Assembly: GCA_963806335.1 (NCBI GenBank)
Contig: CAWDXO010000009.1
Location: 165,269-229,268, forward strand
From: an uncultured Actinomycetes bacterium
GTDB lineage: Bacteria > Actinomycetota > Actinomycetes > Streptosporangiales > Streptosporangiaceae
Direction of reading: 5' to 3'
DNA length: 64,000 nucleotides
A program made the translations under genes and the position numbers. A model generated the notes under the pieces. That model was not told where the DNA came from. It saw nothing but the letters and a program-made list of their open reading frames with translations, and made no database searches. This document shows positions 42,788 through 51,655 of this stretch, piece after piece. The number at the start of each line of letters is the position of its first letter. Positions within the stretch are counted from its first letter, which is position 1.

Positions 42788-44437
42788 GTGGCCGATATGG
42801 CCTTGCCACCAGCCCGACCAGACGTCACGTCGTTGCCAGATCTGCTGCACGGCCGGTCCCGCGCCGGTCCCGTCCGGCAGGAGCGACCCCGCTACGTCGA
42901 CCTGCTGCCGCCGTGCAATGCCGGCTGCCCGGCCGGGGAGAATATCCAGGCGTGGCTGGCGCACGCCGAGACAGGTAACCACGAGCGGGCGTGGCGGCAG
43001 CTGACCGCGGACAACCCGATGCCGGCCATCCACGGCCGGGTCTGCTACCACCCGTGCGAGAGCGTCTGCAACCGGGCCAGCCTGGACAGCGCTGTCTCTA
43101 TTCACTCGGTCGAGCGGTTCCTCGGCGATCTCGCGCTCGAGCGGGGGTGGCCGTTCGACCCGCCCCCGGTCCGTACCGGCCGGCGGGTGCTGGTCATCGG
43201 CGCCGGGCCGAGCGGGCTTTCCGCCGCCTACCACCTGGCCCGGCTCGGCCACGAGGTCGAGATCAGGGATGCGGGCGAGCAAACCGGCGGGATGATGCGC
43301 TACGGCATCCCGTCCTACCGGATGCCACGCGACGTCCTGGACGGCGAGGTTGACCGGATCGCCGCGATGGGCGTGCGGATCACGCTCGGCCACCGGGTGG
43401 AGGACCTGGACGCGGAGCGGCGCGAGGGCGGCTTCGACGCGGCCTTCGTGGCGGTGGGCGCGCACCTGTCCAAGCGGGTCGACATCCCGGCCAAGGACGC
43501 GGGACCGATCGTCGACGCGGTGTCGTTCCTGCGCAGCGTCGCCTCGGGTGAGCGGCCGGTGATCGGGCGGCGCGTCGCCGTCTACGGCGGCGGCAACACC
43601 GCCATGGACGCCGCCCGGGTGGCCCGCCGCCTGGGCGCGAACGACGCGCTCATCGTCTACCGCCGCACCCGGGCGCAGATGCCCGCCCATGAAGAAGAGG
43701 CGGAAGAGGCCGAGCGGGAGGGAGTGCGGATCAACTGGCTGCGCACTATCACCGCGTTCGACGGCCCTGAGCTGACGATCGAGGCGATGGAGCTTGACGA
43801 GCACGGATTCCCGCAGCCGACCGGACGGTTCGAGACGCTGGCCGCGGACACGGTGATCCTCGCCCTCGGCCAGGAGAGCGACACCGCGTTCCTGCGCCAG
43901 GTGCCCGGAGTGGAATTCAGCCGGGACGGCACCGTACAGGTGTCGACGTCCATGATGACCGGATGCGCCGGCGTGTTCGCCGGAGGCGACATGGTGCCGT
44001 CCGAGCGCACCGTGACGGTCGGCGTAGGGCACGGCAAGAAGGCGGCCAAGAACATCGACGCCTGGCTACGCGGAACCGCGCCGGCGAATACGGCCAAGCA
44101 CGAGCAGGTCTCGTTCCGCGACCTGAACTTGTGGTATTTCGGTGACGCGGCCCGCAGGCAGCAGCCGGAGGCCGTCCCGGAGGAGCGGATCGCGGATTTC
44201 GGCGAGGTGCTCGGCGGCTTGTCCGAGGTCGAGGCGACGTACGAGGCACGCCGCTGCCTGTCGTGCGGCAACTGCTGCGAGTGCGACGGCTGCCTGGGCG
44301 CGTGCCCCGAGGACGCGGTGATCAAGCTGGGGCCCGGCCATCGCTACGAGTTCAACTATGGCAAGTGCACCGGCTGCGGCGCGTGTTACGAGCAGTGCCC
44401 GGTGCACTCGATCGAGATGATCCCGGAGGACGAATGA
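42788..44437 (+). CDS. GltD-family NAD(P)H-dependent FAD oxidoreductase with N-terminal Fe-S motif and a C-terminal 2x[4Fe-4S] ferredoxin domain
   Basis: Motifs: CNAGCPAGENIQ...VCYHPCESVCNR; VLVIGAGPSGLSAAYHL; VAVYGGGNTAMDAAR; and C-terminal CLSCGNCCECDGCLGACP and CTGCGACYEQCP. Confidence 0.8.
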   Translation: MADMALPPARPDVTSLPDLLHGRSRAGPVRQERPRYVDLLPPCNAGCPAGENIQAWLAHAETGNHERAWRQLTADNPMPAIHGRVCYHPCESVCNRASLDSAVSIHSVERFLGDLALERGWPFDPPPVRTGRRVLVIGAGPSGLSAAYHLARLGHEVEIRDAGEQTGGMMRYGIPSYRMPRDVLDGEVDRIAAMGVRITLGHRVEDLDAERREGGFDAAFVAVGAHLSKRVDIPAKDAGPIVDAVSFLRSVASGERPVIGRRVAVYGGGNTAMDAARVARRLGANDALIVYRRTRAQMPAHEEEAEEAEREGVRINWLRTITAFDGPELTIEAMELDEHGFPQPTGRFETLAADTVILALGQESDTAFLRQVPGVEFSRDGTVQVSTSMMTGCAGVFAGGDMVPSERTVTVGVGHGKKAAKNIDAWLRGTAPANTAKHEQVSFRDLNLWYFGDAARRQQPEAVPEERIADFGEVLGGLSEVEATYEARRCLSCGNCCECDGCLGACPEDAVIKLGPGHRYEFNYGKCTGCGACYEQCPVHSIEMIPEDE

Positions 44438-47400
44438 CACGCGCCACGGTCGACGGTAACGAGGCCGCGGCGTCGGTCGCCTACCGGCTCAACGAGGTTT
44501 GCTGCATCTACCCGATCACGCCGTCGTCGCCGATGGCCGAGCTCGCGGACGAGTGGTCAAGCAAGGGACGGCCGAACCTGTGGGGCGGCGTGCCGTCCGT
44601 GGTCGAGATGCAGCACGAGGGCGGGGCCGCGGGCGCGTTGCACGGTGCGCTGCAGAGCGGGGCCCTGGCCACCACCTTCACGGCGTCGCAGGGCCTGCTG
44701 CTGATGATCCCCAACATGTACAAGATCGCCGGGGAGCTGACTCCGGCCGTGATCCACGTGGCGGCCCGGTCGCTGGCCGCGCAGGGGCTGTCCATCTTCG
44801 GTGACCACTCGGACGTGATGGGGGTGCGGCAGACCGGTTTCGCGCTGCTCGCTTCCGCGTCGGTGCAGGAGGCCCACGACCTCGCGCTGGTGGCACAGGC
44901 CGCCACGCTGGCGACCCGGGTGCCGTTCGTGCACTTCTTTGACGGGTTCCGCACCTCGCACGAGCTGAACACGATCGAGATGCTGGCCGACGACGACCTG
45001 CGCGCGCTGGTGCCCGAGGCGCTGATTCGCGCGCACCGCGGCCGGGGGCTGTCACCGGAGCGGCCGTTCATCCGGGGCACCGCGCAGAACCCGGACGTCT
45101 ACTTCCAGGCACGCGAAACGGTGAACCCGTTCTACGACGCCGTGCCGGGCGCGGTGCAAGAAGCGATGGACGGCCTCGCCGCCCGTACCGGCCGCCAGTA
45201 TCACGTCGTCGACTACGCCGGTCACCCCGAAGCCGACCGGGTGATCGTCGTGATGGGCTCGGCGGCTGAGACGATCGGCGAGACCGTGGCCTACCTGTGC
45301 GGCCAGGGCGAGCGGGTGGGCATGCTGCAGGTCCGCCTGTACCGGCCGTTCCCGGCTCGGGCCCTGCTCGACGCGCTGCCCGCGAGCGCCGGACGGATCG
45401 CCGTGCTCGACCGGACCAAGGAGCCAGGTTCGAATGGCGAGCCGCTGTTCCTCGACGCGGTCACCACGCTGGCCGAGGCGCACACCGGCGGTGAGCGCGC
45501 GGTGCTGCCGCTGGTGACGGGCGGCCGCTACGGCCTGTCGTCGAAGGAACTCACCCCGGGCATGGTGGCCGGTATTTTCGCGGAACTGGCCCGCGAGCAC
45601 CCGCGGCCCCGGTTCACGATCGGCATCAACGACGACGTGTCCGGCCTGAGCCTGCCTTATGACCGGTCGCTGGACATCGAACCGCCCGGCACGATCCGCG
45701 CGGTCTTCTTCGGCCTCGGCTCGGACGGCACGGTCGGCGCGAACAAGAACACGATCAAGATCCTCGGCGCCGAGGAGAACCTGAACGCGCAAGGCTACTT
45801 CGTCTATGACTCGAAGAAGTCGGGCTCGCAAACGGTGTCGCACCTGCGGTTCGGGCCGCAGCCGATCCGCGCGCCTTACCTGGTGCAGCAGGCCAGCTTC
45901 GTCGGCTGCCATCACTTCGGCCTGCTGGACCGGGTCGACGTGCTCGGCCTGGCGGCCCCGGGAGCGACGCTGCTGCTCGACTGCAAGTTGCCAGCGGATG
46001 AGGTCTGGGATGCGCTGCCCCGCCCGGTCCAGGAGAAGATTCTCGCCAAACGGATCGTGGTTTACGCGATCGATGCCGGGCACATCGCTCGCGAGGCCGG
46101 CCTGGCCGGCCGGACCAACACCGTGCTGCAGACCTGCTTCTTCGCGATCTCGGGCGTACTGCCCCGGGAAGAAGCGATCGACAAGATCAAGAAGTCGATC
46201 ACCAAGACCTACGGCCGCCGCGGCGCCGAGGTGGTCGAGAAGAACCTGTCCGCGGTCGATCACACCGTGGCGGCGCTGCACCAGATCGAGGTGCCCGGCC
46301 GGGTGACGTCCGCGCGGGAACTGCCCGCGATGGTGCCGGCCAGCGCGCCGGAATTCGTCCGCACCGTCACCGCGGAGATGATGGCCGGCCGCGGCGACGA
46401 GCTGCCGGTCAGCATGCTGCCGGTGGACGGCACCTACCCGAGCGGCACCACGGCGTATGAGAAGCGCAACATCTCCGAGCTGGTCGCGGAATGGGATCAG
46501 GACCTGTGCATCCAGTGCGGCAACTGCAGCTTCGTCTGCCCGCACAGCGTGATCAGGGCCACCTACTACGACGAGTCGCTGCTGAAGGGGGCGCCATCGG
46601 AGTTCAAGTCGGCGCCGCTGGACGCCCGCGGGCTCCCGGACACCCGCTTCACGCTGCAGGTCTACGTGGAGGACTGCACCGGATGCGAGCTGTGCGTCCA
46701 GGCCTGCCCGGTCGGGGCGCCTGACAACCCCGAGCGTAAGGCGATCAACCTCGCGGCCCGGGCGCCGCTGGTGGCCGCCGAACGGGACAACGTCGCGTTC
46801 TTCGAGACGCTGCCGGTGGCCGACCGGTCCCGGGTGGACTTCGGCACGGTGCGCGGCACGCAGTTCCTGCAGCCGCTGTTCGAGTTCTCCGGCGCCTGCG
46901 CGGGCTGCGGCGAGACGCCGTACGTCAAGCTCCTTTCGCAGCTGTTCGGCGACCGGCTGATGGTCGCCAACGCCACCGGCTGCTCCTCGATCTACGGCGG
47001 GAACCTGCCCACCACGCCGTGGACGACCAACGCCGACGGGCGCGGGCCGGCCTGGTCGAACTCCCTGTTCGAGGACAACGCCGAGTTCGGCCTCGGGTTC
47101 CGGCTGGCCGCCGACCGGCACACCGAGCTAGCCCGAAGCCGCCTGGACGAGCTCCGCGAGGCGGTCGGCGCCGACCTGGCCGACGAGATCCTCGGCGCGC
47201 CCCAGCTCACCGAGTCGGAACTGGCCGCCCAGTTCGACCGGGTCGCCGAGCTGAAGCGGCGGCTCGAGGCCCTGGACCAGGACTACGGGCATGTCGCCGA
47301 TCTGCGCAGCGTGGTCGATCACCTGGTCCGGCGCAGTGTGTGGATCGTCGGCGGGGACGGCTGGGCCTACGACATCGGCTCCTCGGGCCTGGACCACGTG

Positions 47401-48012
47401 CTGGCCACCGGGCGCAACGTGAACGTGCTGGTGCTCGACACCGAGGTCTACTCCAACACCGGCGGGCAGTCATCGAAGTCGACACCGCTCGGCGCCGTCG
47501 CCAAGTTCGCCTCGGCAGGCAAGACCGTGCCGAAAAAGGACATCGCGCTGCAGGCCATCGCCTACGGCAACGTCTACGTCGCCCGGGTGGCCATGGGCGC
47601 GGACCCGCAGCAGACCCTGCGTGCCTTCCGCGAGGCGGAAGCCTACGACGGGCCGTCGCTGGTCATCGCCTACAGCCACTGCATCGCGCACGGCATCGAG
47701 ATCCGCACCGGACTCGACCAGCAATACCGCGCCGTGGCCAGCGGGCACTGGCCGCTGATCAGGTACGACCCGGTGATCAGGACGGCCGGGGGTAACCCGT
47801 TCCTGCTCGACTCGCCGCGGCCGCGCATCAGCCTGGCCAGCTACACCCAGCGCGAGCTGCGGTACCGCTCGCTCAGCAATACCAACCCGGCCGAGGCCGA
47901 GCGGCTGGGAGCCCTGGCCCAGGAAGCGGTCGACCAGCGCTGGAGCACCTACGAGGAGATGGCTACCCGCGGAGCGCAACAGTTCCCGGCCGACGCGCGG
48001 AGGGACGACTGA
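44434..48012 (+). CDS. nifJ: Pyruvate:ferredoxin (flavodoxin) oxidoreductase, single-chain NifJ type
   Basis: ATG 44434 forms an ATGA overlap with the upstream stop. The product is about 1192 aa. Motifs: CCIYPITPSSPMAE, CIQCGNCSFVCPH, CTGCELCVQACP, and the TPP motif GGDGWAYDIGSSGLDH. Confidence 0.95.
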   Translation: MTRATVDGNEAAASVAYRLNEVCCIYPITPSSPMAELADEWSSKGRPNLWGGVPSVVEMQHEGGAAGALHGALQSGALATTFTASQGLLLMIPNMYKIAGELTPAVIHVAARSLAAQGLSIFGDHSDVMGVRQTGFALLASASVQEAHDLALVAQAATLATRVPFVHFFDGFRTSHELNTIEMLADDDLRALVPEALIRAHRGRGLSPERPFIRGTAQNPDVYFQARETVNPFYDAVPGAVQEAMDGLAARTGRQYHVVDYAGHPEADRVIVVMGSAAETIGETVAYLCGQGERVGMLQVRLYRPFPARALLDALPASAGRIAVLDRTKEPGSNGEPLFLDAVTTLAEAHTGGERAVLPLVTGGRYGLSSKELTPGMVAGIFAELAREHPRPRFTIGINDDVSGLSLPYDRSLDIEPPGTIRAVFFGLGSDGTVGANKNTIKILGAEENLNAQGYFVYDSKKSGSQTVSHLRFGPQPIRAPYLVQQASFVGCHHFGLLDRVDVLGLAAPGATLLLDCKLPADEVWDALPRPVQEKILAKRIVVYAIDAGHIAREAGLAGRTNTVLQTCFFAISGVLPREEAIDKIKKSITKTYGRRGAEVVEKNLSAVDHTVAALHQIEVPGRVTSARELPAMVPASAPEFVRTVTAEMMAGRGDELPVSMLPVDGTYPSGTTAYEKRNISELVAEWDQDLCIQCGNCSFVCPHSVIRATYYDESLLKGAPSEFKSAPLDARGLPDTRFTLQVYVEDCTGCELCVQACPVGAPDNPERKAINLAARAPLVAAERDNVAFFETLPVADRSRVDFGTVRGTQFLQPLFEFSGACAGCGETPYVKLLSQLFGDRLMVANATGCSSIYGGNLPTTPWTTNADGRGPAWSNSLFEDNAEFGLGFRLAADRHTELARSRLDELREAVGADLADEILGAPQLTESELAAQFDRVAELKRRLEALDQDYGHVADLRSVVDHLVRRSVWIVGGDGWAYDIGSSGLDHVLATGRNVNVLVLDTEVYSNTGGQSSKSTPLGAVAKFASAGKTVPKKDIALQAIAYGNVYVARVAMGADPQQTLRAFREAEAYDGPSLVIAYSHCIAHGIEIRTGLDQQYRAVASGHWPLIRYDPVIRTAGGNPFLLDSPRPRISLASYTQRELRYRSLSNTNPAEAERLGALAQEAVDQRWSTYEEMATRGAQQFPADARRDD

Positions 48013-49046
48013 TGGACCTTTCGACCCGCTACATGGGCCTGGCGCTGCGAAACCCGCTCGTCGCCTCCGCGTCCCCGCTCTCGAATACCGTCGACGGGGT
48101 CCGGCGGCTCGCCGACGGCGGTGTCGGCGCGGTGGTGCTCTACTCCCTGTTCGAGGAGCAACTGCGCCGGGAGGCCGAACAGAACGCGCGGCTGGCCGAG
48201 ATGGGCACGGAGGTTTTCGCCGAGGCCCTGTCCTACTTCCCGGCCGAGGCCGAGGCTGAGGCGACGGAGGATGGCAGCGCGGATGAACCTAGCCCGCGCC
48301 GCTACCTGAGCCTGCTCGAGCGCGCCGCGGCGGCGGTCGAGATACCGGTCATCGGCAGCATCAACGGGGTGACACCCGGCGGCTGGACCAGCTACGCGCG
48401 CGCGATGCAAGACGCCGGCGCCGCGGCGATCGAGCTGAACATCTACTACATCCCAGGCGACCCGCACATTACCGGCCGCGAGGTCGAGCAGCGGCACATC
48501 GACATCCTGTCCCAGGTCAAGGACGCGGTGACCGTGCCGGTGGCGGTCAAGCTGAGCCCGCACTTCAGCTCGGCCGGCGAGATGGCCCTGCGGCTTGACG
48601 AGGCGGGCGCGGACGGCCTAGTGCTGTTCAACCGGTTCCTGCAGCCCGACATCAACCTCGAGACCCTCGCGGTGCAGCCCGACGTGTACCTCTCCAGCCC
48701 GGCCGAGGCCCGGCTGCCGCGCACCTGGATCTCCATCCTGCGCCAGCATCTGCGTGCCTCCCTCGCCGCGACGACCGGCGTCGAGGGACCGGCCGACGTG
48801 ATCAAGTACCTGCTCGCGGGCGCCGACGTCGTGATGACGGCATCCGCGCTGATCCGGCACGGCCCCGAGCACGCCGCCGTCCTGCTTGACGGCCTGTCCG
48901 ACTGGATGGCCCGCAAGGGTTACCCGTCGGTCGCCGGAGTGCGCGGCATGCTCGCCCTGCCTGCAGGTACCGACGAGGCTGCTTACGAGCGCGCAGGCTA
49001 CGTCCGCGCGATGCAGGCCGCCAACAGCTCCCGCGGGCCGTGGTGA
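48012..49046 (+). CDS. Dihydroorotate-dehydrogenase-like FMN protein (class 1 fold, no Fe-S domain)
   Basis: The ATG overlaps the nifJ stop (TGATG). Motifs: LRNPLVASASPLS...VIGSINGV...AIELNIYY...VAVKLSP...GLVLFNR. Confidence 0.75.
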   Translation: MDLSTRYMGLALRNPLVASASPLSNTVDGVRRLADGGVGAVVLYSLFEEQLRREAEQNARLAEMGTEVFAEALSYFPAEAEAEATEDGSADEPSPRRYLSLLERAAAAVEIPVIGSINGVTPGGWTSYARAMQDAGAAAIELNIYYIPGDPHITGREVEQRHIDILSQVKDAVTVPVAVKLSPHFSSAGEMALRLDEAGADGLVLFNRFLQPDINLETLAVQPDVYLSSPAEARLPRTWISILRQHLRASLAATTGVEGPADVIKYLLAGADVVMTASALIRHGPEHAAVLLDGLSDWMARKGYPSVAGVRGMLALPAGTDEAAYERAGYVRAMQAANSSRGPW

Positions 49047-49278
49047 CGATTAAGAAGGGCTGACCTGCGCAACCGGTGACCGAAGTCCTAGCAGCCGGGG
49101 ACCTTCAGTAATGGCGAGAGCGCCGCCGCGGGCGGGACACTGGCACTATCAGGTCAGGCAAGGCCCGGGCCGGGCCGGGCCGGAAGGCTCCCGTCGAGCG
49201 GCGCCGACGGGTAAGCGAGTGCGGGCGGCCGGCGCCGGGCGTCGGCCACCCCACCCGCCGATGGCTAGGCGGCAGTAT

Positions 49279-49701
49279 CTAGTGAGCAGGGCGGATGCGG
49301 CGGCCAGTGATGCGGGACGGGACGATCCGCACGAACAATTCCCGGTCTCCGGCGGGCCACGGCTCGACGCCCGCTTGCTCGGCAGACTTGCGCTCGGCCT
49401 CGGACACGTGATGGGCCGGTCCCTGGATGAGCACACTCCAGCCCTCGCGCCCGGCTACGTCGATCTCGTCGATCTCGAACGCCACCTGGTAGTCCCCACC
49501 GACGATCCCGGTCTGCAGGTCCTCGTCCAGCGCACTGTGCCGGACCGTGCGGAACACGATCGCTCCGTCATGCCACTGGTAGTTCACCGGCAGCACGGCC
49601 GGGCCGAACCGGCTTTGGTAGGCGATCCGTCCGACTCCGCCCGGCGATATCAGCCGCAGGCTCTCCGATTCATCGAGTTCCTCGATCGTACGGTCAGACA
49701 T
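49279..49701 (-). CDS. PPOX-fold family protein, paralogue 4
   Basis: Motifs: LDESESLRLISPGGVGRIAY, PAVLPVNYQWHDGAIVFR, GWSVLIQGPAHHV, FVRIVPSRITGRRI. Confidence 0.8.
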   Translation of the reverse strand: MSDRTIEELDESESLRLISPGGVGRIAYQSRFGPAVLPVNYQWHDGAIVFRTVRHSALDEDLQTGIVGGDYQVAFEIDEIDVAGREGWSVLIQGPAHHVSEAERKSAEQAGVEPWPAGDRELFVRIVPSRITGRRIRPAH

Positions 49702-49789
49702 GCCTGATCCTCCCGGGTGCGAGGCCTGGTCGCGTAGTTACGACCTTAGCGTCATGGACGAGGCCGATGACCTTCAACCCGGCTAGACA

Positions 49790-49803
49790 TGGACTTTCGG
49801 CCC
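49790..49803. promoter_or_regulatory. Candidate DevR/DosR-type operator, TGGACTTTCGGCCC (2 mismatches)
   Basis: Sits in the divergent region between PPOX paralogue 4 (-) and adh (+). It resembles the box at 18004. Confidence 0.4.
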
Positions 49804-49867
49804 TGTCCCCCGACCCCCGCCTCCGGCCAAGCTGGAAATCGGAAGCCAGCGACATCTGGAGGCAGTC

Positions 49868-50908
49868 ATGCGAGCCCTCGTTTATGACGGTCCAGGACGC
49901 AAGGCCTGGGAAGAGGTTGCCGATCCGGAGATCACCGATGACGGCGACATCATCGTGCGGGTCGACGCGACCACGATCTGCGGCACCGACCTGCACATCC
50001 TCAAGGGCGACGTGCCCGCGGTGCATAAGGGGCGGATCCTCGGCCACGAAGCCGTCGGGACCATCGATGAGGTCGGCGACGGCGTGCGCAGGATGTGTCC
50101 CGGTGACCGGGTGCTTGTCTCGTGCATCAGCGCCTGCGGGACGTGCCGGTTCTGCCGCGAGGGACGCTACGGGCAGTGCCTGGAGGGCGGCGGCTGGATC
50201 CTCGGCCACAAGATCGACGGCACCCAGGCGGAGTACGTCCGCGTGCCGTTCGCCGACACCTCCACTTTCCGGGTCCCCGACGGCGTGTCCGACGAGGAGA
50301 TCCTCATGCTGGCCGACATCCTGCCGACCGGCTACGAGGTCGGCGTCCTGGCCGGAGGCGTCCGCCCCGGCGATGTCGTCGCCGTCGTCGGAGCCGGTCC
50401 GGTCGGCTTGTCCGCGATCGCCGGCGCGCAGCTGTTCAGCCCCAGCCACATCATCGCGATCGACCTCTCCGCCACAAGGCTGGAGGCGGCCAAGCAGTTC
50501 GGCGCCGACGTCACGGTCAACAATTCGCGTGAGGACCCGCTCAGCGTCATCAGGGCACTGACCGGGCGGCTAGGCGCGGACGTCTCCATCGAAGCCGTCG
50601 GCACGCCCGCCACGTTCGAGCTGGCCGTCAAGCTGGCCCGGCCGGGCGGCCGGATCGCGAACATCGGCGTGCACGGCGAGGCCGCCCTGCTGCACCTGGA
50701 AGAAGAGTGGATCAAGGACATCACGATCACTACGGGCCTGGTCGACACGTCCTCCACCCCGACCCTGATGCGCCTGCTCACCAACGGCCAGATCGACGCC
50801 AGGCGGTTCATCACCCACCGCTTCGGCCTAGACGAGTTCGAAGAAGCTTACGACGTGTTCGCCCGGGCCGCCGACACCGGCGCGCTCAAGGTCGTCCTCA
50901 CGCGCTAA
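49868..50908 (+). CDS. adh: Zinc-dependent alcohol dehydrogenase (MDR family)
   Basis: Motifs: ICGTDLHILKG, GHEAVGTIDEVG, the structural-zinc motif CGTCRFCREGRYGQC, and VVGAGPVGL. Confidence 0.9.
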   Translation: MRALVYDGPGRKAWEEVADPEITDDGDIIVRVDATTICGTDLHILKGDVPAVHKGRILGHEAVGTIDEVGDGVRRMCPGDRVLVSCISACGTCRFCREGRYGQCLEGGGWILGHKIDGTQAEYVRVPFADTSTFRVPDGVSDEEILMLADILPTGYEVGVLAGGVRPGDVVAVVGAGPVGLSAIAGAQLFSPSHIIAIDLSATRLEAAKQFGADVTVNNSREDPLSVIRALTGRLGADVSIEAVGTPATFELAVKLARPGGRIANIGVHGEAALLHLEEEWIKDITITTGLVDTSSTPTLMRLLTNGQIDARRFITHRFGLDEFEEAYDVFARAADTGALKVVLTR

Positions 50909-50931
50909 GGCACAGAAAAGAAGTGACAACG

Positions 50932-51624
50932 ATGAAGTCCACCGTCAAAGACGTGATGACCACTCGCGTGGTCTGGGTCAAGAAGAGCGCGTCGTTCAGG
51001 GAGATGGCCCATGCCCTCCGGGAGAACCGGATCAGCGCGTTTCCGGTCCTGGACGAGGAGGGGAAGGTGATCGGCGTCGTCTCCGAGTCCGACCTGCTGG
51101 CCAAGGAAGCCCGCAACGGCGAGCACGACGGCCTGACGGGAATGGTCAGCGACCTGCTGCACCACAACGAACTGGTGAAGGCGCGCGGGATAACGGCGGG
51201 CGAGCTGATGACAAGCCCCCCGGTGACCGTCGGCCCCGAGGACACGGTCGAGCATGCCGCCCGGCTGCTGTACAAGCGCAAGGTCAAGAGGCTCCCCGTC
51301 GTCGACGTGGCCGGTCATCTGGCCGGCATCGTCAGCCGGGCCGACGTGCTAGCGGTCTTCGACCGCCCGGACGAGGACATCCGGAGGGAAGTCAACGCCG
51401 AGATCCTGTTTGACCAGGTTCTTGGCGACCCGAACCGGCTGAGCGTGGCGGTAAAGGACGGCGTGGTGACCCTGGCCGGCACGCCGGAGACCGAAGGGAT
51501 CGGCCGCGAGATCGTGGACCAGACCCGGCACGTCCAGGGTGTGGTGGCCGTACGCGACCGCCTCAGCTATCCGCCGCCGAAGGATTCCGGCTATGACCCG
51601 TGCGTCATGTTCCCGTCCGACTGA
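50932..51624 (+). CDS. CBS-pair + BON domain protein
   Basis: ATG 50932. Motifs: VKDVMTTRVVWV...ISAFPVLDEEGKVIGVVSESDLL; VKRLPVVDVAGHLAGIVSRADVL; and a BON tail (VAVKDGVVTLAG...VQGVVAVRDRL). Confidence 0.85.
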   Translation: MKSTVKDVMTTRVVWVKKSASFREMAHALRENRISAFPVLDEEGKVIGVVSESDLLAKEARNGEHDGLTGMVSDLLHHNELVKARGITAGELMTSPPVTVGPEDTVEHAARLLYKRKVKRLPVVDVAGHLAGIVSRADVLAVFDRPDEDIRREVNAEILFDQVLGDPNRLSVAVKDGVVTLAGTPETEGIGREIVDQTRHVQGVVAVRDRLSYPPPKDSGYDPCVMFPSD

Positions 51625-51655
51625 CGCCCGCACCAGCCTGAGAAGGGACAGCACG

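Noticed and set aside
45052-47121. A 689-aa ORF antisense to nifJ. Similar long antisense ORFs are at 10920..12446 (pta), 24563..26266 (cytochrome b), 42368..44032 (GltD-like), 55952..57271 (xfp), 4144..5292 (permease), 58244..59257 (C45) and 52287..53312 (GNAT/ACS).
   Set aside because: All are Arg/Gly/Pro/His/Asp-rich low-complexity translations with no recognisable motifs. Each lies opposite a gene with unambiguous family signatures. Long open antisense frames are expected in DNA of about 70% GC.
49076-49089. GTGACCGAAGTCCT box-like sequence.
   Set aside because: It has two mismatches and lies between the convergent 3' ends of the DHOD-like gene and PPOX paralogue 4, so there is no promoter to serve.
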